NCBI GenBank assembly: GCA_964016885.1
Contig: OZ024744.1
Coordinates: 100,068,001-100,132,000, forward strand
Direction: 5' to 3'
Length of the DNA stretch: 64,000 bases
Source: Eledone cirrhosa
Lineage: Eukaryota
Part shown: positions 37,801 through 51,000 of the stretch, in pieces
How positions within the stretch are numbered: position 1 is the first letter of the stretch
How the letters are laid out: every line of letters starts with the position of its first letter
Translations under genes and position numbers: made by a program
Notes under the pieces: model-generated
Database searches by the model: none
Told to the model about the DNA's origin: nothing
What the model saw: only the letters and a program-made list of their open reading frames with translations

Positions 37801-40150
37801 CACTGTAAAACAGGGTGGTGGGCATGGTTGGAGAGCTGTAAAGAGACAATAGATGGTGGTAGTTGTAGCACTGTAAAACAGGGTGGTGGGCATGGTTGGA
37901 GAGCTGAAAAGAGACAATAGATGGTGGTAGTTGTAGCACTGTAAAACAGGGTGGTGGGCATGGTTGGAGAGCTGTAAAGAAACAATAGATGGTGGTAGTT
38001 GTAGCACTGTAAAACAGGGTGGTGGGCATGGTTGGAGAGCTGTAAAGAAACAATAGATGGTGGTAGTTGTAGCACTGTAAAACAGGTTGGTGGGCATGGT
38101 TGGGGAGCTGTAAAGAAACAATAGATGGTGGTAGTTGTAGTACTGTAAAACAGGGTGGTGGGCATGGTTGGAGAGCTGTAAAGAGACAGGAGATGGTGGT
38201 AGTTGTAGCACTGTCAAACAGGGTGGTGGGCATGGTTGGAGAGCTGTAAAGATAACAATAGATGGTGGTAGTTGTAGCACTGTAAAACATGGTGGAGGGC
38301 ATGGTTGGAGAGCTGTAAAGAAACAGTAGATGGTGGTAGTTGTAGTACTGTAAAACATGGTGGTGGGCATGGTTGGAGAGCTGTAAATATAACAATAGAT
38401 GGTGGTAGTTGTAGCACTGTAAAACATGGTGGAGGGCATGGTTGGAGAGCTGTAAAGAAACAGTAGATGGTGGTAGTTGTAGCACTGTAAAACAAGGTGG
38501 TGGGCATGGTTGGAGAGCTGTAAAGAAACAATAGATGGTGGTAGTTGTAGCACTGTAAAACAGGGTGGTGAGCATGGTTGGAGAGCTGTAAAGAAACAGT
38601 AGAAAGTGGTAGTTGTAACACTGTAAAACAGGGTGGTGGGCATGGTTGGAGAGCTGTAAAGAAACAATAGATGGTGGTAGTTGTAGCACTGTAAAACAGG
38701 GTGGTGGGCATGGTTGGAGAGCTGTAAAGAAACAGTAGAAGGTGGTAGTTGTAGCACTGTAAAAAAGGTTGGTGGGCATGGTTGGAGAGCTGTAAAGAAA
38801 CAGTAGATGGTGGTAGTTGTAGCACTGTAAAACAGGGTGGGGGGCATGGTTGGAGAGCTGTAAAGAAACAGTAGAAGGTGGTAGTTGTAGCACTGTAAAA
38901 CAGGGTGGTGGGCATGGTTGGAGAGCTGTAAAGAAACAGTAGATGGTGGTAGTTGTAGCACTGTAAAACAGGGTGGTGGGCATGGTTGGAGAGCTGTAAA
39001 GATAACAATAGATGGTGGTAGTTGTAGCACTGTAAAACATGGTGGAGGGCATGGTTGGAGAGCTGTAAAGAAACAGTAGATGGTGGTAGTTGTAGCACTG
39101 TAAAACAAGGTGGTGGGCATGGTTGGAGAGCTGTAAAGAAACAATAGATGGTGGTAGTTGTAGCACTGTAAAACAGGGTGGTGGGCATGGTTGGAGAGCT
39201 GTAAAGAAACAGTAGAAAGTGGTAGTTGTAACACTGTAAAACAGGGTGGTGGGCATGGTTGGAGAGCTGTAAAGAGACAGTAGATGGTGGGAGTTGTAGC
39301 ACTGTAAAACAGGGTGGTGGGCAGGGTTGGAGAGCTGTAAAGAAACAATAGATGGTGGTAGTTGTAGCACTGTAAAACAGGGTGGTGGGCATGGTTGGAG
39401 AGCTGTAAAGAGACAATAGATGGTGGTAGTTGTAGCACTGTAAAACAGGGTGGTGGGCATGGTTGGAGAGCTGTAAAGAGACAATAGATGGTGGTAGTTG
39501 TAGCACTGTAAAACAGGGTGGTGGGCATGGTTGGAGAGCTGTAAAGAGACAATAGATGGTGGTAGTTGTAGCACTGTAAAACAGGGTGGTGGGCATGGTT
39601 GGAGAGCTGAAAAGAGACAATAGATGGTGGTAGTTGTAGCACTGTAAAACAGGGTGGTGGGCATGGTTGGAGAGCTGTAAAGAAACAATAGATGGTGGTA
39701 GTTGTAGCACTGTAAAACAGGGTGGTGGGCATGGTTGGAGAGCTGTAAAGAAACAATAGATGGTGGTAGTTGTAGCACTGTAAAACAGGTTGGTGGGCAT
39801 GGTTGGGGAGCTGTAAAGAAACAATAGATGGTGGTAGTTGTAGTACTGTAAAACAGGGTGGTGGGCATGGTTGGAGAGCTGTAAAGAGACAGTAGATGGT
39901 GGTAGTTGTAGCACTGTCAAACAGGGTGGTGGGCATGGTTGGAGAGCTGTAAAGAAACAGTAGATGGTGGCAGTTGTAGTACTGTAAAACAGGGTGGTGG
40001 GCATGGTTGGAGAGCTGTAAAGAAACAATAGAAGGTGGTAGTTGTAGCAGTGTAAAACAGGGTGGTGGGCATGGTTGGAGAGCTGTAAAGAGACAATAGA
40101 TGGTGGTAGTTGTAGCACTGTAAAACAGGGTGGTGGGCATGGTTGGAGAG
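31890..40150. repeat. Higher-order repeat domain of ~25 monomers (unit lengths 1634, 1703, 1429, 1703 bp); a further copy at ~42650-44150
   Basis: The marker gctgaaaagagac lies at 33140, 34774, 36477, 37906, 39609 and 43009. It co-occurs with caggttggtgggcatggttgggg, ctgtcaaa, taaatataac, gaaagtgg..taacac, aaaaaaggttgg and gtggggggc. Confidence 0.92.
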
Positions 40151-40309
40151 CTGTAAAGAAACAGTAGATGGTGGTAGTTGTAGTACTGTAAAACATGGTG
40201 GTGGGCATGGTTGGAGAGCTGTAAAGAAACAATAGAAGGTGGTAGTTGTAGCAGTGTAAAACAGGGTGGTGGGCATGGTTGGAGAGCTGTAAAGAGACAA
40301 TAGATGGTG

Positions 40310-43300
40310 GTAGTTGTAGCACTGTAAAACATGGTGGTGGGCATGGTTGGAGAGCTGTAAAGAAACAATAGATGGTGGTAGTTGTAGCACTGTAAAACAG
40401 GGTGGTGGGCATGGTTGGAGAGCTGTAAAGAGACAGTAGATGGTGGGAGTTGTAGCACTGTAAAACAGGGTGGTGGGCATGGTTGGAGAGCTGTAAAGAG
40501 ACAATAGATGGTGGTAGTTGTAACACTGTAAAACAGGGTGGTGGGCATGGTTGGGGAGCTGTAAAGAAACAATAGATGGTGGTAGTTGTAGCACTGTAAA
40601 ACAGGGTGGTGGGCATGGTTGGAGAGCTGTAAAGAGACAATAGATGGTGGTAGTTGTAGCACTGTAAAACAGGGTGGTGGGCATGGTTGGAGAGCTGTAA
40701 AGAAACAGTAGATGGTGGTAGTTGTAGCACTGTAAAACAGGGTGGTGGGCATGGTTGGAGAGCTGTAAAGAGACAATAGATGGTGGGAGTTGTAGAACTG
40801 TAAAACAGGGTGGTGGGCAAGGTTGGAGAGCTGTAAAGAAACAATAGATGGTGGTAGTTCTAGCACTGTAAAACAGGGTGGTGGGCATGGTTGGAGAGCT
40901 GTAAAGAGACAATAGATGGTGGTAGTTGTAGCACTGTAAAACAGGGTGGTGGGCATGGTTAGAGAGCTGTAAAGAGACAATAGAAGGTGGTAGTTGTAAC
41001 ACTGTAAAACAGGGTGGTGGGCATGGTTGGAGAGCTGTAAAGAAACAGTAGATGGTATTAGTTGTAGCAGTGTAAAACAGGGTGGTGGGCATGGTTGGAG
41101 AGCTGTAAAGAAACAATAGAAGGTGGTAGTTGTAGCACTGTAAAACAGGGTGGTGGGCATGGTTGGAGAGCTGTAAAGAAACAGTAGATGGTGGTAGTTG
41201 TAGCACTGTAAAACAGGGTGGTGGGCATGGTTGGAGAGCTGTAAAGAGACAATAGATGGTGGGAGTTGTAGCACTGTAAAACAGGGTGGTGGGCATGGTT
41301 GCAGAGCTGTAAAGAAACAATAGATGGTGGTAGTTGTAGTACTGTAAAACAGGGTGGTGGGCATGGTTGGAGAGCTGTAAAGAGACAGTAGATGGTGGTA
41401 GTTGTAACACTGTAAAACAGGGTGGTGGGCATGGTTGGAGAGCTGTAAAGAGACAATAGATGGTGGTAGTTGTAGCACTGTAAAACATGGTGGTGGGCAT
41501 GGTTGGAGAGCTGTAAAGAAACAGTAGAAGGTGGTAGTTGTAGCACTGTAAAATAGGGTGGTGGGCATGGTTGGAGAGCTGTAAAGAAACAGTAGAAGGT
41601 GGTAGTTGTAGCACTGTAAATCAGGGTGGTGGGCATGGTTGGAGAGCTGTAAAGAAACAATAGATGGTGGGTGTTGTAGCACTGTAAAACAGGGTGGTGG
41701 GCATGGTTGGAGAGCTGTAAAGAGACAATAGAAGGTGGTAGTTGTAGCACTGTAAAACATGGTGGTGGGCATGGTTGGAGAGCTGTAAAGAAACAGTAGA
41801 AGGTGGTAGTTGTAGCACTGTAAAACAGGGTGGTGGGCATGGTTGGAGAGCTGTAAAGAGACAATAGATGGTGGTAGTTGTAGCACTGTAAAACAGGGTG
41901 GTGGGCATGGTTGGAGAGCTGTAAAGAAACAGTAGAAGGTGGGAGTTGTAGCACTGTAAAACAGGGTGGTGGGCATGGTTGGAGAGCTGTAAAGAAACAA
42001 TAGATGGTGGGAGTTGTAGCACTGTAAAACAGGGTGGTGGGCATGGTTGGAGAGCTGTAAAGAGACAATAGATGGTGGTAGTTGTAGCACTGTAAAACAT
42101 GGTGGTGGGCATGGTTGGAGAGCTGTAAAGAAACAATAGAAGGTGGTAGTTGTAGCACTGTAAAACAGGGTGGTGGGCATGGTTGGAGAGCTGTAAAGAA
42201 ACAGTAGATGGTGGTTGTTGTAGCACTGTAAAACAGGGTGGTGGGCATGGTTCGAGAGCTGTAAAGAAACAATAGATGGTGGGAGCTGTAGCACTGTAAA
42301 TCAGGGTGGTGGGCATGGTTGGAGAGCTGTAAAGAAACAATAGAAGGTGGTAGTTGTAGCACTGTAAAACAAGGTGGTGGGCATGGTTGGAGAGCTGTAA
42401 AGAGACAATAGATGGTGGTAGTTGTAGCACTGTAAAACAGGGTGGTGGGCATGGTTGGAGAGCTGTAAAGAGACAATAGATGGTGGTAGTTGTAGCACTG
42501 TAAAACAGGGTGGTGGGCATGGTTGGAGAGCTGTAAAGAAACAATAGAAGGTGGTAGTTGTAGCACTGTAAAACATGGTGGTGGGCATGGTTGGAGAGCT
42601 GTAAAGAAACAGTAGAAGGTGGTAGTTGTAGCACTGTAAAACAGGGTGGTGGGCATGGTTGGAGAGCTGTAAAGAGACAGTAGATGGTGGGAGTTGTAGC
42701 ACTGTAAAACAGAGTGGTGGGCAGGGTTGGAGAGCTGTAAAGAAACAATAGATGGTTGTAGTTGTAGCACTGTAAAACAGGGTGGTGGGCATGGTTGGAG
42801 AGCTGTAAAGAGACAATAGATGGTGGTAGTTGTAGCACTGTAAAACAGGGTGGTGGGCATGGTTGGAGAGCTGTAAAGAGACAATAGATGGTGGTAGTTG
42901 TAGCACTGTAAAACAGGGTGGTGGGCATGGTTGGAGAGCTGTAAAGAGACAATAGATGGTGGTAGTTGTAGCACTGTAAAACAGGGTGGTGGGCATGGTT
43001 GGAGAGCTGAAAAGAGACAATAGATGGTGGTAGTTGTAGCACTGTAAAACAGGGTGGTGGGCATGGTTGGAGAGCTGTAAAGAAACAATAGATGGTGGTA
43101 GTTGTAGCACTGTAAAACAGGGTGGTGGGCATGGTTGGAGAGCTGTAAAGAAACAATAGATGGTGGTAGTTGTAGCACTGTAAAACAGGTTGGTGGGCAT
43201 GGTTGGGGAGCTGTAAAGAAACAATAGATGGTGGTAGTTGTAGTACTGTAAAACAGGGTGGTGGGCATGGTTGGAGAACTGTAAAGAGACAGGAGATGGT

Positions 43301-46300
43301 GGTAGTTGTAGACATGTCAAACAGGGTGGTGGGCATGGTTGGAGAGCTGTAAAGATAACAATAGATGGTGGTAGTTGTAGCACTGTAAAACATGGTGGAG
43401 GGCATGGTTGGAGAGCTGTAAAGAAACAGTAGATGGTGGTAGTTGTAGTACTGTAAAACATGGTGGTGGGCATGGTTGGAGAGCTGTAAATATAACAATA
43501 GATGGTGGTAGTTGTAGCACTGTAAAACATGGTGGAGGGCATGGTTGGAGAGCTGTAAAGAAACAGTAGATGGTGGTAGTTGTAGCACTGTAAAACAAGG
43601 TGGTGGGCATGGTTGGAGAGCTGTAAAGAAACAATAGATGGTGGTAGTTGTAGCACTGTAAAACAGGGTGGTGGGCATGGTTGGAGAGCTGTAAAGAAAC
43701 AGTAGAAAGTGGTAGTTGTTACACTGTAAAACAGGGTGGTGGGCATGGTTGGAGAGCTGTAAAGAAACAATAGATGGTGGTAGTTGTAGCACTGTAAAAC
43801 AGGGTGGTGGGCATGGTTGGAGAGCTGTAAAGAAACAGTAGAAGGTGGTAGTTGTAGCACTGTAAAAAAGGTTGGTGGGCATGGTTGGAGAGCTGTAAAG
43901 AAACAGTAGATGGTGGTAGTTGTAGCACTGTAAAACAGGGTGGGGGGCATGGTTGGAGAGCTGTAAAGAAACAGTAGAAGGTGGTAGTTGTAGCACTGTA
44001 AAACAGGGTGGTGGGCATGGTTGGAGAGCTGTAAAGAAACAGTAGATGGTGGTAGTTGTAGCACTGTAAAACAGGGTGGTGGGCATGGTTGGAGAGCTGT
44101 AAAGATAACAATAGATGGTGGTAGTTGTAGCACTGTAAAACATGGTGGTGGGCATGGTTGGAGAGCTGTAAAGAAACAATAGATGGTGGTAGTTGTAGCA
44201 CTGTAAAACAGGGTGGTGGGCATGGTTGGAGAGCTGTAAAGAGACAGTAGATGGTGGGAGTTGTAGCACTGTAAAACAGGGTGGTGGGCATGGTTGGAGA
44301 GCTGTAAAGAGACAATAGATGGTGGTAGTTGTAACACTGTAAAACAGGGTGGTGGGCATGGTTGGGGAGCTGTAAAGAAACAATAGATGGTGGTAGTTGT
44401 AGCACTGTAAAACAGGGTGATGGGCATGGTTGGAGAGCTGTAAAGAGACAATAGATGGTGGTAGTTGTAGCACTGTAAAACAGGGTGGTGGGCATGGTTG
44501 GAGAGCTGTAAAGAAACAGTAGATGGTGGTAGTTGTAGCACTGTAAAACAGGGTGGTGGGCATGGTTGGAGAGCTGTAAAGAGACAATAGATGGTGGGAG
44601 TTGTAGAACTGTAAAACAGGGTGGTGGGCAAGGTTGGAGAGCTGTAAAGAAACAATAGATGGTGGTAGTTCTAGCACTGTAAAACAGGGTGGTGGGCATG
44701 GTTGGAGAGCTGTAAAGAGACAATAGATGGTGGTAGTTGTAGCACTGTAAAACAGGGTGGTGGGCATGGTTAGAGAGCTGTAAAGAGACAATAGAAGGTG
44801 GTAGTTGTAACACTGTAAAACAGGGTGGTGGGCATGGTTGGAGAGCTGTAAAGAAACAGTAGATGGTGGTAGTTGTAGCAGTGTAAAACAGGGTGGTGGG
44901 CATGGTTGGAGAGCTGTAAAGAAACAATAGAAGGTGGTAGTTGTAGCACTGTAAAACAGGGTGGTGGGCATGGTTGGAGAGCTGTAAAGAAACAGTAGAT
45001 GGTGGTAGTTGTAGCACGGTAAAACAGGGTGGTGGGCATGGTTGGAGAGCTGTAAAGAGACAATAGATGGTGGGAGTTGTAGCACTGTAAAACAGGGTGG
45101 TGGGCATGGTTGCAGAGCTGTAAAGAAACAATAGATGGTGGTAGTTGTAGTACTGTAAAACAGGGTGGTGGGCATGGTTGGAGAGCTGTAAAGAGACAGT
45201 AGATGGTGGTAGTTGTAACACTGTAAAACAGGGTGGTGGGCATGGTTGGAGAGCTGTAAAGAGACAATAGATGGTGGTAGTTGTAGCACTGTAAAACATG
45301 GTGGTGGGCATGGTTGGAGAGCTGTAAAGAAACAGTAGAAGGTGGTAGTTGTAGCACTGTAAAATAGGGTGGTGGGCATGGTTGGAGAGCTGTAAAGAAA
45401 CAGTAGAAGGTGGTAGTTGTAGCACTGTAAATCAGGGTGGTGGGCATGGTTGGAGAGCTGTAAAGAAACAATAGATGGTGGGTGTTGTAGCACTGTAAAA
45501 CAGGGTGGTGGGCATGGTTGGAGAGCTGTAAAGAGGCAATAGAAGGTGGTAGTTGTAGCACTGTAAAACATGGTGGTGGGCATGGTTGGAGAGCTGTAAA
45601 GAAACAGTAGAAGGTGGTAGTTGTAGCACTGTAAAACAGGGTGGTGGGCATGGTTGGAGAGCTGTAAAGAGACAATAGATGGTGGTAGTTGTAGCACTGT
45701 AAAACAGGGTGGTGGGCATTGTTGGAGAGCTGTAAAGAAACAGTAGAAGGTGGGAGTTGTAGCACTGTAAAACAGGGTGGTGGGCATGGTTGGAGAGCTG
45801 TAAAGAAACAATAGATGGTGGGAGTTGTAGCACTGTAAAACAGGGTGGTGGGCATGGTTGGAGAGCTGTAAAGAGACAATAGATGGTGGTAGTTGTAGCA
45901 CTGTAAAACATGGTGGTGGGCATGGTTGGAGAGCTGTAAAGAAACAATAGAAGGTGGTAGTTGTAGCACTGTAAAACAGGGTGGTGGGCATGGTTGGAGA
46001 GCTGTAAAGAAACAGTAGATGGTGGTTGTTGTAGCACTGTAAAACAGGGTGGTGGGCATGGTTCGAGAGCTGTAAAGAAACAATAGATGGTGGGAGCTGT
46101 AGCACTGTAAATCAGGGTGGTGGGCATGGTTGGAGAGCTGTAAAGAAACAATAGAAGGTGGTAGTTGTAGCACTGTAAAACAAGGTGGTGGGCATGGTTG
46201 GAGAGCTGTAAAGAGACAATAGATGGTGGGAGTTGTAGCACTGTAAAACAGGGTGGTGGGCATGGTTGGAGAGCTGTAAAGAGACAATAGATGGTGGGAG

Positions 46301-48080
46301 TTGTAGCACTGTAAAATATGGTGGTGGGCATGGTTGGAGAGCTGTAAAGAAACAGTAGAAGGTGGTAGTTGTAGCACTGTAAAACAAGGTGGTGGGCATG
46401 GTTGGAGAGCTGTAAAGAAACAATAGATGGTGGTAGTTGTAGCAGTGTAAAACAGGGTGGTGGGCATGGTTGGAGAGCTGTAAAGAAAGAATAGATGGTG
46501 GTAGTTGTAGTACTGTAAACCAGGGTGGTGGGCATGGTTGGAGAGCTGTAAAGAGACAGTAGAAGGTGGTAGTTGTAGCACTGTAAAACAGGGTGGTGGG
46601 CATGGTTGGAGAGCTGTAAAGAGACAATAGATGGTGGTAGTTGAAGCACTGTAAAACAGGGTGGTGGGCATGGTTGGAGAGCTGTAAAGATAACAATAGA
46701 TGGTGGTAGTTGTAGCACTGTAAAACAGGGTGGTGGGCATGGTTGGAGAGCTGTAAAGAGACAATAGATGGTGGGAGTTGTAGAACTGTAAAACAGGGTG
46801 GTGGGCAAGGTTGGAGAGCTGTAAAGAAACAATAGATGGTGGTAGTTCTAGCACTGTAAAACAGGGTGGTGGGCATGGTTGGAGAGCTGTAAAGAGACAA
46901 TAGATGGTGGTAGTTGTAGCACTGTAAAACAGGGTGGTGGGCATGGTTAGAGAGCTGTAAAGAGACAATAGAAGGTGGTAGTTGTAACACTGTAAAACAG
47001 GGTGGTGGGCATGGTTGGAGAGCTGTAAAGAAACAGTAGATGGTGGTAGTTGTAGCAGTGTAAAACAGGGTGGTGGGCATGGTTGGAGAGCTGTAAAGAA
47101 ACAATAGAAGGTGGTAGTTGTAGCACTGTAAAACAGGGTGGTGGGCATGGTTGCAGAGCTGTAAAGAAACAATAGATGGTGGTAGTTGTAGTACTGTCAA
47201 ACAGGGTGGTGGGCATGGTTGGAGAGCTGTAAAGAGACAGTAGATGGTGGTAGTTGTAACACTGTAAAACAGGGTGGTGGGCATGGTTGGAGAGCTGTAA
47301 AGAGACAATAGATGGTGGTAGTTGTAGCACTGTAAAACATGGTGGTGGGCATGGTTGGAGAGCTGTAAAGAAACAGTAGAAGGTGGTAGTTGTAGCACTG
47401 TAAAATAGGGTGGTGGGCATGGTTGGAGAGCTGTAAAGAAACAGTAGAAGGTGGTAGTTGTAGCACTGTAAATCAGGGTGGTGGGCATGGTTGGAGAGCT
47501 GTAAAGAAACAATAGATGGTGGGTGTTGTAGCACTGTAAAACAGGGTGGTGGGCATGGTTGGAGAGCTGTAAAGAGACAATAGAAGGTGGTAGTTGTAGC
47601 ACTGTAAAACATGGTGGTGGGCATGGTTGGAGAGCTGTAAAGAAACAGTAGAAGGTGGTAGTTGTAGCACTGTAAAACAGGGTGGTGGGCATGGTTGGAG
47701 AGCTGTAAAGAGACAATAGATGGTGGTAGTTGTAGCACTGTAAAACAGGGTGGTGGGCATGGTTGGAGAGCTGTAAAGAAACAGTAGAAGGTGGGAGTTG
47801 TAGCACTGTAAAACAGGGTGGTGGGCATGGTTGGAGAGCTGTAAAGAAACAATAGATGGTGGGAGTTGTAGCACTGTAAAACAGGGTGGTGGGCATGGTT
47901 GGAGAGCTGTAAAGAAACAATAGAAGGTGGTAGTTGTAGCACTGTAAAACAGGGTGGTGGGCATGGTTGGAGAGCTGTAAAGAAACAGTAGATGGTGGTT
48001 GTTGTAGCACTGTAAAACCGGGTGGTGGGCATGGTTCGAGAGCTGTAAAGAAACAATAGATGGTGGGAGCTGTAGCACTG
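40310..48080. repeat. Block ~40310-42420 repeated at ~44120-46230 (offset 3811 bp = 56 monomers + 3), with a third internally deleted copy at ~46730-48080
   Basis: ORF starts 40844/44655, 41614/45425 and 42294/46105 differ by 3811. Third-copy offsets shrink through 2177, 2041 and 1973 (46832, 47466, 48078). Shared markers are gtagaactg..gggcaagg, gttctagc, ggttagag, aaaataggg, gggtgttg and ttcgaga..ggagctg..aatcagg. Confidence 0.88.
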
Positions 48081-51000
48081 TAAATCAGGGTGGTGGGCAT
48101 GGTTGGAGAGCTGTAAAGAAACAATAGAAGGTGGTAGTTGTAGCACTGTAAAACAAGGTGGTGGGCATGGTTGGAGAGCTGTAAAGAGACAATAGATGGT
48201 GGGAGTTGTAGCACTGTAAAACAGGGTGGTGGGCATGGTTGGAGAGCTGTAAAGAGACAATAGATGGTGGGAGTTGTAGCACTGTAAAACATGGTGGTGG
48301 GCATGGTTGGAGAGCTGTAAAGAAACAGTAGAAGGTGGTAGTTGTAGCACTGTAAAACAAGGTGGTGGGCATGGTTGGAGAGCTGTAAAGAAACAATAGA
48401 TGGTGGTAGTTGTAGCAGTGTAAAACAGGGTGGTGGGCATGGTTGGAGAGCTGTAAAGAAAGAATAGATGGTGGTAGTTGTAGTACTGTAAACCAGGGTG
48501 GTGGGCATGGTTGGAGAGCTGTAAAGAGACAGTAGAAGGTGGTAGTTGTAGCACTGTAAAACATGGTGGTGGGCATGGTTGGAGAGCTGTAAAGAGACAA
48601 TAGATGGTGGTAGTTGAAGCACTGTAAAACAGGGTGGTGGGCATGGTTGGAGAGCTGTAAAGATAACAATAGATGGTGGTAGTTGTAGCACTGTAAAACA
48701 GGGTGGTGGGCATGGTTGGAGAGCTGTAAAGAGACAGTAGAAGGTGGGAGCTGTAGCACTGTAAGACAGGGTGGTGGGCATGGTTGGAGAGCTGTAAAGA
48801 AACAATAGATGGTGGTAGTTGTAGCACTGTAAAACAGGGTGGTGGGCATGGTTGGAGAGCTGTAAAGAGACAATAGATGGTGGTAGTTGTAACACTGTAA
48901 AACAGGGTGGTGGGCATGGTTGGAGAGCTGTAAAGAGACAATAGATGGTGGGAGTTGTAGCACTGTAAAACAGGGCGGTGGGCATGGTTGGAGAGCTGTA
49001 AAGAAACAGTAGAAGATGGTAGTTGTAGCACTGTAAAACAGGGTGGTGGGCATGGTTGGAGAGCTGTAAAGAGACAATAGATGGTGGGAGTTGTTGCAGT
49101 GTAAAACATGGTGGTGGGCATGGTTGGAGAGCTGTAAAGAGACAATAGATGGTGGTAGTTGTAGCACTGTAAATCAGGGTGGTGGGCATGGTTGGAGAGC
49201 TGTAAAGGGACAATAGATGGTGGTAGTTGTAGTACTGTAAAAGAGGGTGGTGGGCATGGTTGGAGAGCTGTAAAGAAACAATAGATGGTGGTAGCTGTAG
49301 CAGTGTAAAACATGGTGGTGGGCATGGTTGGAGAGCTGTAAAGAAACAATAGATGGTGGTAGTTGTAGCAGTGTAAAACATGGTGATGGGCATGGTTGGA
49401 GAGCTGTAAAGAGACAATAGATGGTGGTAGTTGTAGCACTGTAAATCAGGGTGGTGGGCATGGTTGGAGAGCTGTAAAGAGACAATAGATGGTGGTAGTT
49501 GTAGCACTGTAAATCAGGGTGGTGGGCATGGTTGGAGAGCTGTAAAGAAACAATAGATGGTGGTAGTTGTAGCAGTGTAAAGCATGGTGATGGGCATGGT
49601 TGGAGAGCTGTAAAGAGACAATAGATGGTGGTAGTTGTAGCACTCTAAAACAGGGTGGTGGGCATTGTTGGAGAGCTGTAAAGAGACAATAGATGGTGGG
49701 AGTTGTAGCACTGTAAAACAGGGTGGTGGGCATGGTTGGAGAGCTGTAAAGAAACAGTAGAAGGTGGTAGTTGTAGCACTGTAAAACAGGGTGGTGGGCA
49801 TGGTTGGAGAGCTGTAAAGAGACAATAGAAGGTGGTAGTTGTAGCACTGTAAAACAAGGTGGTGGGCATGGTTGGAGAGCTGTAAAGAGACAATAGATGG
49901 TGGTAGTTGTAGCACTGTAAATCAGGGTGGTGGGCATTGTTGGAGAGCTGTAAAGAAACAATAGATGGTGGTAGTTGTAGCAGTGTAAAACAGGGTGGTG
50001 GGCATGGTTGGAGAGCTGTAAAGAAACAGTAGAAGGTGGTAGTTGTAGCACTGTAAAACAGGGTGGTGGGCATGGTTGGAGAGCTGTAAAGAAACAGTAG
50101 ATGGTGGTAGTTGTAGCACCGTAAAACAGGGTGGTGGGCATGGTTGGAGAGCTGTAAAGATACAGTAGATGGTGGGAGTTGTAGCACTGTAAAACAGGGT
50201 GGTGGGCATGGTTGGAGAGCTGTAAAGAAACAATAGATGGTGGTAGTTGTAGCACTGTAAAACAGGGTGGTGGGCATGGTTGGAGAGCTGTAAAGAAACA
50301 GTAGAAGGTGGTAGTTGTAGCACTGTAAAACAAGGTGGTGGGCATGGTTGGAGAGCTGTAAAGAAACAATAGATGGTGGTAGTTGTAGCACTGCAAAACA
50401 GGGTGGTGGGCATGGTTGGAGAGCTGTAAAGAGACAATAGATGGTGGTAGTTGTAGCAGTGTAAAACAGGGTGGCGGGCATGGTTGGAGAGCTGTAAAGA
50501 AACAATAGATGGTGGTAGTTGTAGTACTGTAAACCAGGGTGGTGGGCATGGTTGGAGAGCTGTAAAAAGACAGTAGAAGGTGGTAGTTGTAGCACTGTAA
50601 AACATGGTGGTGGGCATGGTTGGAGAGCTGTAAAGAGACAATAGATGGTGGTAGTTGAAGCACTGTAAAACAGGGTGGTGGGCATGGTTGGAGAGCTGTG
50701 AAGAGACAGTAGAAGGTGGGAGTTGTAGCACTGTAAGACAGGGTGGTGGGCATGGTTGGAGAGCTGTAAAGAAACAATAGATGGTGGTAGTTGTAGCACT
50801 GTAAAACAGGGTGGTGGGCATGGTTGGAGAGCTGTAAAGAAACAGTAGATGGTTGTAGTTGTAGCACTGTAAAACAGGGTGGTGGGCATGGTTGGAGAGC
50901 TGTAAAGAAACAATAGAAGGTGGGAGTTGTAGCACTGTAAAACAGGGTGGTGGGCATGGTTGGAGAGCTGTAAAGAGACAATAGATGGTGGTAGTTGTAG

